A DNA stretch of 32,000 bases from Propionibacterium ruminifibrarum (lineage in GTDB: Bacteria > Actinomycetota > Actinomycetes > Propionibacteriales > Propionibacteriaceae), in NCBI RefSeq assembly GCF_900289195.1, contig NZ_OMOH01000010.1:53235-85234 (forward strand). The letters are read 5' to 3'. The translations under genes and the position numbers were made by a program. Below, piece by piece: positions 9,133-22,368 of this stretch (positions are counted from its first letter, which is position 1; every line of letters begins with the position of its first letter). The notes beneath the pieces were generated by a model, which did no database searches, had not been told where the DNA came from, and saw only the letters and a list, made by a program, of their open reading frames with translations.

Positions 9133-10818
9133 TCAGACGGCGATGACGACCGGGACGATCATCGGACGGCGACGGTAGGTGCTGGACACCCACTGGCCGA
9201 CCGTCCGGCGAACCACCTGCTGAAGGCGGTGTTCGTCGTCGACGCCCTCGGCGAGCGCCGCGTCGAGCGCCGCGGCGATCTTCGTCGTCACGTCGTCGAA
9301 GACGGTGGGGGCCTCGAGGAAGCCACGCGCCGAGACGTCCGGGCCGGCCACGACCTCGCCCTTGCGCAGGTCGACGGCGGCGACGATGGAGATGAAACCC
9401 TCCTCGCCGAGGATGCGCCGGTCGGTCAGGCTCGACTCGGAGACGTCGCCGACTGTCGAGCCGTCGACGAAGATGTACGAGGCGTCGACGCGGCCGACCG
9501 GCTTTGCGACCCCGTCGCGCAGGTCGACGACGTCGCCGTCGTGGGCGACGATGGCGCGTTCGCGCGGCACACCGGTGGCGACGGCCAGTTCGGCATTGGC
9601 GACGAGGTGGCGCTCCTCGCCGTGGATGGGCATCACGTTGCCGGGCTGGACGATGTTGTACAGGTAGAGCAGCTCCCCGGAGGCCGAGTGGCCCGAGACG
9701 TGCACGAAGGCGTTGCCGCGGTGCACGACCCTGGCCCCGAGCCGGGTCAGGCCGTTGACGACGCGGTAGACGGAGTTCTCGTTGCCGGGGATGAGGGAGC
9801 TGGCGAACAGCACGGTGTCGCCGGGGTTGATGCCGATGACCGGGTGGTCCCGGTTGGCGATCCGGCTCAGCGCCGCCAGGGGCTCGCCCTGCGAGCCCGT
9901 GCAGACCACCACGACCCTGTCGTCGGGGTAGTCGTTGAGCTGGGACAGCTCGATGAGGATGTCTCCGGGCACGTGCAGATAGCCGAGATCGCGGGCGACC
10001 GCCATGTTGCGGACCATGGAGCGCCCGACGTAGCAGACCTTCCGGCCGTGCCGGGCCGCCAGGTCGAGGATCTCCTGGACGCGGTGGACGTGGGAGGCGA
10101 AGCAGGCCACGACGAGTTTGCCGGTGGCCTCGGCGAAGACGCGTTCGAGGTTCGGCAGGATGTCGCGTTCCAGCGGCGTGAACCCCTTGACCTCGGCGTT
10201 CGTCGAGTCGGCCATGACCAGGTCGATGCCCTCGGCGCCGGCGCGGGCGAATCCGCGCAGGTCGGTGATCCGCCCGTCGAGGGGCAGCTGGTCCATCTTG
10301 AAGTCGCCGGTGTGCAGGACGGAACCGGCCGAGGTGCGGACGACCACGGCCAGGGCGTCCGGGATCGAGTGCGTGACGGCGAAGAACTCGAGCCCGAACT
10401 CGTCGACGTCGACCCGCTCGCCCTCGGCGACGGTGTGCAGCACGGCATCGCGCAGGCGGTGCTCCCGCAGCTTGGCCTCGACGAAGGCCAGGGTCAGGCG
10501 GCTCCCGTAGACGGGGATGTCCTGGCGCTGGCGCAGCAGATAGGGCACGCCGCCGATGTGGTCCTCGTGGCCGTGAGTGAGCACCAGGGCCACCACGTCG
10601 TCGAGGCGGTCGGCGAGGTAGTCCAGGCCGGGCAGGATGAGGTCGACGCCCGGCTGGCTCTCCTCGGGGAAGAGCACGCCGCAGTCGACGATGAGGATCT
10701 TCCCGTTGAGCTCGAAGCAGGTCATGTTGCGCCCCACGTCGCCCAGGCCGCCGAGCGGGATGACACGCAGGGTGTCGGGGTCCAGTGCGGGAGGAGTCTT
10801 CGAACCGTCATGTGTCAC
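9133..10818 (-). CDS. rnj: Ribonuclease J
   Basis: 561 aa with metallo-beta-lactamase motif LTHGHEDHIGG, a beta-CASP region and a C-terminal domain. GTG start. Confidence 0.92.
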   Translation of the reverse strand: MTHDGSKTPPALDPDTLRVIPLGGLGDVGRNMTCFELNGKILIVDCGVLFPEESQPGVDLILPGLDYLADRLDDVVALVLTHGHEDHIGGVPYLLRQRQDIPVYGSRLTLAFVEAKLREHRLRDAVLHTVAEGERVDVDEFGLEFFAVTHSIPDALAVVVRTSAGSVLHTGDFKMDQLPLDGRITDLRGFARAGAEGIDLVMADSTNAEVKGFTPLERDILPNLERVFAEATGKLVVACFASHVHRVQEILDLAARHGRKVCYVGRSMVRNMAVARDLGYLHVPGDILIELSQLNDYPDDRVVVVCTGSQGEPLAALSRIANRDHPVIGINPGDTVLFASSLIPGNENSVYRVVNGLTRLGARVVHRGNAFVHVSGHSASGELLYLYNIVQPGNVMPIHGEERHLVANAELAVATGVPRERAIVAHDGDVVDLRDGVAKPVGRVDASYIFVDGSTVGDVSESSLTDRRILGEEGFISIVAAVDLRKGEVVAGPDVSARGFLEAPTVFDDVTTKIAAALDAALAEGVDDEHRLQQVVRRTVGQWVSSTYRRRPMIVPVVIAV

Positions 10819-10824
10819 GGGCTC

Positions 10825-10830
10825 AGCCTA
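10825..10830 (-). promoter_or_regulatory. -10-like TAGGCT, 6 nt upstream of RNase J GTG
   Basis: Minus strand reads gcTAGGCTgagcccGTG. Confidence 0.5.
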
Positions 10831-10868
10831 GCGGTGCCGGCCGGCTGGGGCCGCCCGCGCCGCGGCCG

Positions 10869-10874
10869 TAGGCT
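10869..10874 (+). promoter_or_regulatory. -10-like TAGGCT, 7 nt upstream of GNAT GTG
   Basis: Plus strand reads cgTAGGCTgtgaaccGTG. Back-to-back with the RNase J box in a 63-bp divergent gap. Confidence 0.5.
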
Positions 10875-10881
10875 GTGAACC

Positions 10882-11439
10882 GTGAGCGAGCACCCGCACG
10901 ACGACGCCGCCCGGCGTCACGCCCATGGCCCGGAGCCGGGTTTCGCCCGGCTCGCCATGGCGGACGAGGCCGAACGCATCGCCGAGCTTCAGGCCGGGGC
11001 CTGGGCCAGGGCCGGGCTCGCCGCGCAGCTGCCCGATCCGGCCGCCATGTCCGCCGCGTGGCTGTCGGCGATCGTCGCTCCCCCGCTGGCGACCTACCGG
11101 GTGCTCGTCGCGACGGCCCAGGACCACCGGACGGTGCTCGGCTTCGCCGCCATCGGCCCCAGCGAGGACCCGGATGCCGACCCGACCGACGCGGTCGTCG
11201 GCGAGTTCGTCATCGGGCGGACCGGACGCGGGCACGGCTCGCGTCTGCTGAACGCCGTCGTCGACACGCTGAGGGCCGACGGCTTCGAACGCGCCACCTG
11301 GTGGGTGCCCACCACCGACGACGACCTGCGCGCCTTTCTCACCGGTTCCGGATGGGCCCCGGACGGCGCGCACCGCGAGATCGGCCCCGAGGACGGTTCG
11401 ACGAGCCTGCGCCAGGTGCGTCTGCACACCGCCATCTGA
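10882..11439 (+). CDS. GNAT-family N-acetyltransferase
   Basis: Acetyl-CoA loop GRTGRGHGSRLLNAVVDTLRADGFERA (R/Q-x-x-G-x-G/A). GTG start supported by a TAGGCT box 7 nt upstream. Confidence 0.7.
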   Translation: MSEHPHDDAARRHAHGPEPGFARLAMADEAERIAELQAGAWARAGLAAQLPDPAAMSAAWLSAIVAPPLATYRVLVATAQDHRTVLGFAAIGPSEDPDADPTDAVVGEFVIGRTGRGHGSRLLNAVVDTLRADGFERATWWVPTTDDDLRAFLTGSGWAPDGAHREIGPEDGSTSLRQVRLHTAI

Positions 11440-11549
11440 GGGCGACGACCGAGGACCGCGAGGTGGGCCGCGGCGCCGGTCATGGCTGTGGCCATCACCG
11501 CAACGCGGTGTTGCATTCAGTTGCGAACTGCTGCTTCTCGTGTTGCCTA

Positions 11550-11561
11550 ATGTCCGGACAT
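11550..11561. promoter_or_regulatory. Perfect 12-bp palindrome ATGTCCGGACAT in the long leader upstream of the MFS gene
   Basis: Read directly. Lies in a relatively AT-rich stretch together with the dyads GCAAC-GCGGT-GTTGC (11500-11514) and CAGTT-GCG-AACTG (11518-11530). Confidence 0.4.
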
Positions 11562-11819
11562 GTGTGCTAACGTCGTTCAGCGTTGTCCGAGAACACCGCA
11601 CATGTGATTCACCACGGCGCGATGTCCCCGGATCGAGACCACTGGCCCGCCGAGCGGCGGGCCGTTCTCCCGAGCAGCACGTCGCCGCCGTCTGCGCGGC
11701 CCTGGGCGAGTCGCTGTTCACCAAGCACACCGTCGCGCACCGGATCCGCACCGGGGCCATGCCCCGGGATCCGGTGCGCCCTCGCGTGTGACAAGCACGA
11801 AGAAAGAGTTGTTCGTCGA

Positions 11820-13295
11820 ATGTCCTCCCGCAAGAGCCGCAGCGTTGGTGCGGTGATCTTCGTCGTGGCCTACACGACCTTCCTCGCCACGTTCAACGAG
11901 ACCTTCCTGAACGTGGCACTGACCCCGATGATGACCGACCTGGGTGTCGGCTCGGGCACCATCCAGTGGGTCACGACCGCTTACATGCTGGCCGCAGCGA
12001 TCATGGTGCCGGTCACCGGTTTCCTGTACCGCTCGGTGCGCACCCACGGCCTGCTCATGCTCGCCCTGAGCCTGCTGCTGGCCGGTACCGTCGTCGGCGC
12101 CATCGCCCCGAGCTTCGTAGTCGTCCTCGCGGCCCGCGTCGTGCAGGCGCTGGGCACCGGCATGATCGTGCCCATCGGCATGAACCTGACGCTGGCCGTC
12201 TCGCCGCGCGAGAAGCTCGGCACCAACATGGGCATCGTCTCGGCGATGACCACCCTCGGGCCGGCCTTCGGCCCGATCATCGCCGGCTCGATCCTGCAGT
12301 TCGGCAACTGGCACACGCTCTTCGTCTGCTTCGCCGCGCTCATCGCCGTGGCCTGGGCGATCGCCTTCGTCAGCGTCGGCGACGAGGCGGAGCTCACCAG
12401 GCCGAGGCTCGACACCCTGTCGACCACGCTCATCTCGCTCGCCCTCATCGGCATGCTGTACGGCATCTCGACGATCTTCGCCGGGCCCGTCGGCGTCGCC
12501 GTCGCCTGCCTGGTCGCCGGCGTCGTCGCCCTGGCCGCCTTCGTGGTCCGTCAGGGCCGGATCGCCGAGCCCCTCATCGACCTGCGCCCGTTCGGCAACA
12601 GGGGCTTCACCCTCGGCCTGTGCGTCATCTTCCTGTCGCTCATGATCGTGTTCTCGATGAACATCCTGCTGCCGATGTTCATGCAGAGCGCCCTGGGCTT
12701 CTCGGCCTTCGGCGCGGCCCTCACGCTGCTGCCCGCCTGCATCCTGTCGTGCATCCTGGCGCCGGTCGCCGGCAGGCTGTACGACCGTCATGGCCTGCGC
12801 GTCTCGCTGCCGATCGCCCTGGTGGTCGTCACCGTCTTCACCATCGCCCTGTCGATGCTCGGTGAGGGCGCGAGCTCCTGGCAGATCATGGCCTGCTACG
12901 CGCCGGTCATCGCGGGGACGGCCTTCACGATGGGCCCGGCCCAGACCTTCGCGCTGGCCAGCCTCGAGAAGCCGATGTACTCCCACGGCACGACGATCGT
13001 CTCGACCGCCTTCCAGGTGGCCGGCTGCATCGGCTCCTCGCTGTTCATGGGCGTCCTGTCCGGCGTCCAGGCCGGCCGGCTGTCTGGCGGCGCCTCGATG
13101 GCCTCGGCCACCGCTGCCGGTTTCCACGTCGCGGCTCTGGTCGCGGTGGGTGTCGCGGCCGCGGCGCTGGTGCTGTCGTTCGCGCTCGCCCGGATCGAGC
13201 ACTCGCGCCGCAAGGAGCTGCTCACCCTCGTCGAGCCACAGCCCGAGCGCGAGCGCATCGACGCCGACGAGGCCGAGCACATCGTCATCGACTGA
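11820..13295 (+). CDS. MFS transporter, 14-TMS DHA2 (EmrB/QacA)-like
   Basis: 491 aa from ATG 11820 (MSSRKSRSVGAVIFVVAYTTFLATFNETFLNVALTPMM), many hydrophobic helices, GAAAGAG upstream. The track extension back to 11583 is S/P/R-rich and has lower GC3. Confidence 0.85.
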   Translation: MSSRKSRSVGAVIFVVAYTTFLATFNETFLNVALTPMMTDLGVGSGTIQWVTTAYMLAAAIMVPVTGFLYRSVRTHGLLMLALSLLLAGTVVGAIAPSFVVVLAARVVQALGTGMIVPIGMNLTLAVSPREKLGTNMGIVSAMTTLGPAFGPIIAGSILQFGNWHTLFVCFAALIAVAWAIAFVSVGDEAELTRPRLDTLSTTLISLALIGMLYGISTIFAGPVGVAVACLVAGVVALAAFVVRQGRIAEPLIDLRPFGNRGFTLGLCVIFLSLMIVFSMNILLPMFMQSALGFSAFGAALTLLPACILSCILAPVAGRLYDRHGLRVSLPIALVVVTVFTIALSMLGEGASSWQIMACYAPVIAGTAFTMGPAQTFALASLEKPMYSHGTTIVSTAFQVAGCIGSSLFMGVLSGVQAGRLSGGASMASATAAGFHVAALVAVGVAAAALVLSFALARIEHSRRKELLTLVEPQPERERIDADEAEHIVID

Positions 13296-13329
13296 CCTCG
13301 GCACCGGCCCCGCGCCATCTGGCATGACG

Positions 13330-13364
13330 CAGGCCCCGGTCCCCCACCAGGGGGCCGGGGCCTG
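13330..13364 (+). terminator. Hairpin downstream of MFS gene
   Basis: CAGGCCCCGG(T)CCCCC-ACCA-GGGGGCCGGGGCCTG, 15 bp with a one-base bulge, 35 nt after the stop. Confidence 0.6.
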
Positions 13365-13605
13365 CTCGCGTCCCCGGCGTCGAGGGCGCGGGGCCATGGG
13401 CGCCCGCGCCGAGCAGCCGACGAGTCCCCCGCCGGCACGAGGCGGACTCCTTGTCGAAGACCGGCGACGGCGACACGGATGGACAAGCCCTGCTGGCATG
13501 GACCGGGCACCATGTAGCAGGGCTTCCTGCCCTTGGTGCGGGGACAGGTCCCGCCGGACAGCGCGAGCCAGTTCCTCGGGTCCGTTCGGGCCGGGGTCGT
13601 AACCA

Positions 13606-13644
13606 CACGTGCCCCCGCCGGCTGCTGCCGGGCGGGGGCACGTG
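13606..13644 (-). terminator. Hairpin downstream of mannitol-DH-family gene
   Basis: Perfect 14-bp stem CACGTGCCCCCGCC / GGCGGGGGCACGTG with an 11-nt loop, 38 nt after the stop at 13682. Confidence 0.6.
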
Positions 13645-13681
13645 GATTCGGCGAGTGGCGCGGGCCGCGCTCAGCGGATGA

Positions 13682-15121
13682 TCAGGGCAGCAACGCCGTG
13701 ACGGCGTCCACGAGCTGGTCGTGCACCGAGGTGTTGCCGGGCAGGTCGGTGCCGAAGATGTCCTCGATGCCCATGAGGTTCTCGACGATGCCCAGGGCGT
13801 CCTTCGAACCGCGGACGGCGGCCAGCCGGTCGGCCATCGGGTCGTCGATGGGCAGGGGCAGGCCGTTGGCCTCGGGGGTGGCGACGTAGGCCATCCACGC
13901 GGCGACGCCGGTGATGGCGTGGGCCGGGTTGCGTCCGGCGGCCAGGTTGTCGCGGATCGTGCTGAGCAGGCGCAGCGGGATCTTCTGCGAGCCGTCCATG
14001 GCGATCTGGGTGGTCTTGTGGGCCAGGGCCGGGTTGGAGAAGCGCTTGAGCACCTCGGCGCCGTAGGCGGGCAGGTCCTCGCCGGGCGGGCACTCCAGCA
14101 CGGGGATGACGTCCTCGGTGATGAGTCCGGCGGCGAGCTCGGCGAGCTCGGGGTCGGCCATGGTGCGGGTGATCGTCGGGTAGCCGCGCAGGGCCCCGGC
14201 GTAGGCGAGCGTGGAGTGCGTGCCGTTGAGGATCCGCAGCTTCATGTTCTCGAAGGGCTCGACGTCGTCGGTGAGCTGGGCGCCGGCCTTCTCCCAGGCC
14301 GGGCGCTCGGCGACGAAGTCGTCCTCGATGACCCACTGCTTGAACAGTTCGGCGGTGACCAGGCCCTCGTCGTGCAGTCCGAGGATCTGCTCGCCCAGGG
14401 CCCAGTCGGCGTCGGTGGTTGCCGGGGCGATGCGGTCGACCATGGTGCAAGGGAAGGTGACCTTCGAGGCGATCCAGGCGGTGAGGTCGTCGTCGCCGAG
14501 CGCGGCGCAGAAGTCGTCGACGAGGCGTTTGAGGACGCGGCCGTTGCTCGCGAGGTTGTCGCAGCAGACGACGGTGATGGGTTCGGCGCCGGCGCGCTGG
14601 CGGGCCTGCAGGCCGCGGACGAGCCGGCCGACGGCGCTGACCGGTTCGCCGCCGGCCAGGTCGGCGGCGACGGCCGGGTCGGCCAGGTCGAGGCCGCCCT
14701 GGCCGTTGCGGCGGTAGCCCTTCTCGGTGACGGTCAGCGTGATGACCCGGGTGGCGGGGTCGACGATGCGGGCCATGAGCTCGGCGTTCTGCTCGGCGGG
14801 GAAGAGCACCTCGCGCACCTGGCCGACGACGCGCACCCCGGTGTGGTCGACAGCGCGTTCGAGCACGCCGTAGAGCCCGTCCTGCCCGGCAAGCTGGCGC
14901 TTGACCGTGTCGGAGCGCTGGGTGACGCCGCAGATGCCCCAGCGGTCGTCGCCGGTGGCGGCGAAGGCGTCCTGGGTGTAGACCGCCTGGTGGGCGCGGT
15001 GGAAGGCGCCGATACCCATGTGCACGATGCCGGTGCGCTGGGTGTCCCAGCCGCTCGGCGGCAGGGTGACCCCGTCGGTGTGGGCGGCTGGCAGTGTTGC
15101 CTTGGAGAGTCGTTCCATCAC
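13682..15121 (-). CDS. Mannitol dehydrogenase-family oxidoreductase (mannitol 2-dehydrogenase/fructuronate reductase-like)
   Basis: 479 aa with N-terminal Rossmann motif VHMGIGAFHRAHQAVY and long-chain polyol dehydrogenase layout. GAGGAC Shine-Dalgarno upstream. Confidence 0.85.
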   Translation of the reverse strand: MMERLSKATLPAAHTDGVTLPPSGWDTQRTGIVHMGIGAFHRAHQAVYTQDAFAATGDDRWGICGVTQRSDTVKRQLAGQDGLYGVLERAVDHTGVRVVGQVREVLFPAEQNAELMARIVDPATRVITLTVTEKGYRRNGQGGLDLADPAVAADLAGGEPVSAVGRLVRGLQARQRAGAEPITVVCCDNLASNGRVLKRLVDDFCAALGDDDLTAWIASKVTFPCTMVDRIAPATTDADWALGEQILGLHDEGLVTAELFKQWVIEDDFVAERPAWEKAGAQLTDDVEPFENMKLRILNGTHSTLAYAGALRGYPTITRTMADPELAELAAGLITEDVIPVLECPPGEDLPAYGAEVLKRFSNPALAHKTTQIAMDGSQKIPLRLLSTIRDNLAAGRNPAHAITGVAAWMAYVATPEANGLPLPIDDPMADRLAAVRGSKDALGIVENLMGIEDIFGTDLPGNTSVHDQLVDAVTALLP

Positions 15122-15318
15122 GTCCTCATCTTTCTGGACCGCGTCGGATCATGTGGCCGTCATCGAACCGCGCACGACCGCAGCGGCCGTGCTGCAATGT
15201 CTTCCCCGATGATGGTGCACCCACGTCCCACCGCCCCATGCGCTGCCATCGGTTGCCACGGGGCGTCCGGATGGGCCGGCCGGGGCGAGGAGATCCTCCT
15301 CCCGGCCAGGTCAGGCCC

Positions 15319-16261
15319 TCACCTGGCTCGCGGGTGCGCGCTCGCATAGACCTCACGCAGGTGCTGGGCGGTGACCTCGGTGTAGATCTGGGTGGTCGTC
15401 ACCGAGGCGTGGCCGAGCAGTTCCTGGACGACGCGCACGTCGGCGCCGCCCTCGAGCAGGTGAGTGGCGAAGGAGTGGCGCAGGGAGTGCGGGCCGATCT
15501 GCTCGGTGATGCCGGCCGCCCGGGCCCGGGTCTGCAGGATCTCCCAGGCGCTCTGACGGCTGAGCCTGGCCCCGCGGGTGTTGAGCAGCAGCGCCGGGGT
15601 CGCCTGGCGGGCCCTGGCGGCCAGGGCGGGGCGCCCGCGCACCAGCCAGGCGTCGACGGCCTGCCGGGCGTAGCCGCCCAGCGGCACGATGCGCTGCTTG
15701 TTGCCCTTGCCGACGACCCGCAGCCCGGCGTCCGGGTCGTCGAGCACGCGGGTGAGGTCGTCGACGTCCCAGGCCAGTGCCTCGCTGATGCGCGCCCCGG
15801 TGCCGTACAGGAGTTCCAGCAGCGCGGCGTCGCGCAGGCCGACGGGGGTCTCGCGCTCGACGGCGTCGATGAGGGCGGCGACCTGCTCGGTGGTGAGGGT
15901 GCGCGGCAGCCGCCTGCCGGGCTTGGGCGGGCGGATGGCCGACGAGACGTCCTCGGCGACCAAGCCCTCGGTGGCGGCGAAGCCGTGCAGGCTGCGCACG
16001 GCCACGACGGCGCGGGCCACGCTCGACGGCGCCAGCGGCCGGTGCTCCTCGTCGCCGGCGGACAGGTGCTGCTCGTAGTCGGCGAGCACGGCGGCGCTCA
16101 CCTGCGCGGGCCCGCCGATCCCGCGGGCCTGCAGGTAGTCGGTGTAGCGGCTCAGGTCGCGGCGGTAGGCGGCGATGGTGTTGGCCGACAGGCCGCGCTC
16201 CACGGTGAGGTGGTCGAGGTAGCCCTCGACCCAGTCCCGCAGCGCGTCGGCCCCGGTGGCC

Positions 16262-16269
<8 letters not shown>
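15319..16269 (-). CDS. xerD: Tyrosine recombinase XerD
   Basis: N-terminal SAM-like domain ([23 protein letters not shown]), catalytic residues in ARISE...[39 protein letters not shown], and the conserved position after pyrG-NUDIX. Confidence 0.9.
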
Positions 16270-20348
<4,079 letters not shown>

Positions 20349-20349
20349 G

Positions 20350-21258
20350 TCAGCCCCCCTGGCGTCTGGGCGCGCGCCAGCCCTCGACGTCGAGCCCGAA
20401 CTTCCTGACGAGCCGGGTGGTGAAGGGCTGCTCGGACAGGCGGGCGATCTGCAGGTCCTGCGGGTAGCGTTCGACGACGATCGAGTAGCCGGGCCGCAGC
20501 TCGAAGCTGCGTCGCCCGTCGCACCAGACGATGGCCGAGGACGTCAGGTCGCCCAGGAGCTGGAGCTCCACCTGTGAGCTCGGGGCGACGACGCAGGCCT
20601 GCGAGAACAGGGCGTGAGCGGCGATCGGGACGACCTCGAAGGCCTCGGTGTTCGGCCAGATGACCGGGCCGCCGGCGCTGAAGCCGTACGCTGTGGAACC
20701 GGACGCGGAGGCGACGAGCACGCCGTCGCAGGCCCACCGTGACAGCGGCCGCCCGTCGATGAGGACCATGAGGTCGGCCATCCTGCGCCGCGAGGCCTTC
20801 TCGGTGCTGACCTCGTTGACGGCGAAGGAGGTCCACACCGCGGTGCCCTCGGTGTCGAAGACGCGTACTCGCAACGTGAGGCGCTTCTCGATCACGTAGT
20901 CGCGGGCGGCGACCTTCTCGATGAGCTCGCCGATCTCGGAGGCCTCGAGCTCGGCGAGGAAACCGACGTGGCCGAGGTTCACGCCGAGCAGCGGGATGCC
21001 GCGCGGCAGCGCCCACTCGGAGGCTCGCAGGATGGAGCCGTCCCCGCCGAAGACGGCGATGAGTTCGACCTTCGAGTCGATGGACAGCGGGTCGATGCGC
21101 ACGTCGGGCAGCTGGGCGCGCACGTCGTCGAGATGGGTGGCCTCGACCATGCATTCGATGCCGTGCCGGTGCATCCCGCCGATGAACTCGACCGCGCTGG
21201 TGACCGCCTCCTGGCGGGTCGGATGGATGACGACGGCGACACGACGAGTTTCTTCCAC
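20350..21258 (-). CDS. nadK: NAD(+) kinase
   Basis: GGDGSILRA motif and NEVSTEK region. 302 aa. Stop is 1 nt before the recN GTG. Confidence 0.93.
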   Translation of the reverse strand: MEETRRVAVVIHPTRQEAVTSAVEFIGGMHRHGIECMVEATHLDDVRAQLPDVRIDPLSIDSKVELIAVFGGDGSILRASEWALPRGIPLLGVNLGHVGFLAELEASEIGELIEKVAARDYVIEKRLTLRVRVFDTEGTAVWTSFAVNEVSTEKASRRRMADLMVLIDGRPLSRWACDGVLVASASGSTAYGFSAGGPVIWPNTEAFEVVPIAAHALFSQACVVAPSSQVELQLLGDLTSSAIVWCDGRRSFELRPGYSIVVERYPQDLQIARLSEQPFTTRLVRKFGLDVEGWRAPRRQGG

Positions 21259-21265
21259 GCCGGCA

Positions 21266-21271
21266 AGCCTA
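21266..21271 (-). promoter_or_regulatory. -10-like TAGGCT, 7 nt upstream of nadK GTG
   Basis: Minus strand reads gcTAGGCTtgccggcGTG. Confidence 0.5.
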
Positions 21272-21318
21272 GCGACCGCTGCTGTCGGCCCCGGGGTGTT
21301 TCGTCGTCCGCACCCGGG

Positions 21319-22062
21319 TCAGCGGGCGCGGCGCAGGCCGATGAAGAACTCGATCGTGCCGGCGGGCCCGGGCAGCCGGCTCGGCGCCTGCCAGAAGCAG
21401 TTCCAGCCCAGCCGGGTGGCCTCGTCGAGGACCTGGTGGACGGCCCATTCGCGGTCGGCCTCGCGGGTCACCACTCCCCCGGCCCCCAGCCGCTGGCGCC
21501 CCACCTCGAACTGGGGTTTGACCAGGAGCAGCGCCGTGGCCTCGGGGGTGAGGACGTTGAGGATGGGCGCGAGGACGAGGCGCAGCGAGATGAACGAGAC
21601 GTCCCCGACGGCCATGTCGACGGGTCGGGCGTCGACATGGCCGAGCGTGAGTTCGCGCAGGTTGACGCCCTGCAGGTCACGGACCCGCGGATCGGTGCGC
21701 AACTGCCGGGCGAGCTGGTCGTGGCCGACGTCGACCGCGTAGACCTGCCGTGCCCCGCGGGCCAGGAGCACCTGGGTGAACCCGCCGGTGGAGGCGCCGG
21801 CGTCGAGGACCCTGTCCGGCACCTGCACGCCGGACTCGTCGAGGGCACCGAGGAGTTTGTGGGCGGCCCGGGAGACCCACGGGTCGGTCTCGACGTGGAT
21901 CTGGTCGTCGGGGCCGACCGGCGTCGACGTCTTCGTGACGACGGCGCCGCCGACGCGCACGCGGCCGGACCGGATCAGCTCGGTTGCCTGTGAGCGCGAC
22001 CGGGCCAGGCCGCGGGCCGGGAGCGCCTGGTCGAGCCGGCTCCGGGCGGGGCCCTCGCTCAT
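21319..22062 (-). CDS. tlyA: TlyA-family rRNA (cytidine-2'-O)-methyltransferase
   Basis: S4-like N-terminus (RLDQALPARGLARSRSQATELIRSGRVRV) plus FtsJ-type SAM motif LDAGASTGGFTQVLL. Confidence 0.9.
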   Translation of the reverse strand: MSEGPARSRLDQALPARGLARSRSQATELIRSGRVRVGGAVVTKTSTPVGPDDQIHVETDPWVSRAAHKLLGALDESGVQVPDRVLDAGASTGGFTQVLLARGARQVYAVDVGHDQLARQLRTDPRVRDLQGVNLRELTLGHVDARPVDMAVGDVSFISLRLVLAPILNVLTPEATALLLVKPQFEVGRQRLGAGGVVTREADREWAVHQVLDEATRLGWNCFWQAPSRLPGPAGTIEFFIGLRRAR

Positions 22063-22307
22063 GCCTGCCCGCCGGGTCTGGGCAGCCGGCCGCGGGTGCC
22101 GTCGAGGATCTCGGTGAGGCCCTGCTGGGCGGCGGTCAGTTTCTCCAGGCGTTCGCCGACGGGCAGGGCGTCGAGGTCGCCCAGCTCGGCGAGCACCTCG
22201 TCGACGAGCCGGTTCCCGGTCGCCGGGGGCTGCCGGTCGGCGGCGCTCCCGGGTTCGGGCGCCCCGTCGCTCTGGTCGGCGGGGGTGTTCTTCGGGAGCT
22301 CACTCAT
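22059..22307 (-). CDS. Small acidic hypothetical protein, translationally coupled to tlyA
   Basis: 82-aa ORF with a 4-nt overlap with the tlyA start and a TAGGCT box 7 nt upstream of its ATG. Helical C-terminal part (LVDEVLAELGDLDALPVGERLEKLTAAQQGL). No recognisable motif. Confidence 0.6.
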   Translation of the reverse strand: MSELPKNTPADQSDGAPEPGSAADRQPPATGNRLVDEVLAELGDLDALPVGERLEKLTAAQQGLTEILDGTRGRLPRPGGQA

Positions 22308-22314
22308 GGCGCCG

Positions 22315-22320
22315 AGCCTA
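22315..22320 (-). promoter_or_regulatory. -10-like TAGGCT, 7 nt upstream of small-ORF ATG
   Basis: Minus strand reads ccTAGGCTcggcgccATG. Confidence 0.5.
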
Positions 22321-22368
22321 GGCCACGCGGCGGGAGGGGCTCAAAGGCCGGTGGGGTCCGGCTGCCGG

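Noticed and set aside
13451-13681. 76-aa and other small ORFs in the MFS/mannitol-DH convergent gap (also 12896..13606 minus, with AAGGAG+GTG near 13440)
   Set aside because: The translations are R/G/P-rich junk. The minus-strand candidate would overlap about 400 nt of the MFS gene antisense. The region is better explained by hairpins and terminators.
21319-22062. TlyA considered as a haemolysin or virulence factor
   Set aside because: The S4 plus FtsJ-type methyltransferase architecture and the conserved nadK/recN context fit the housekeeping rRNA 2'-O-methyltransferase. No evidence in the sequence for a toxin role.
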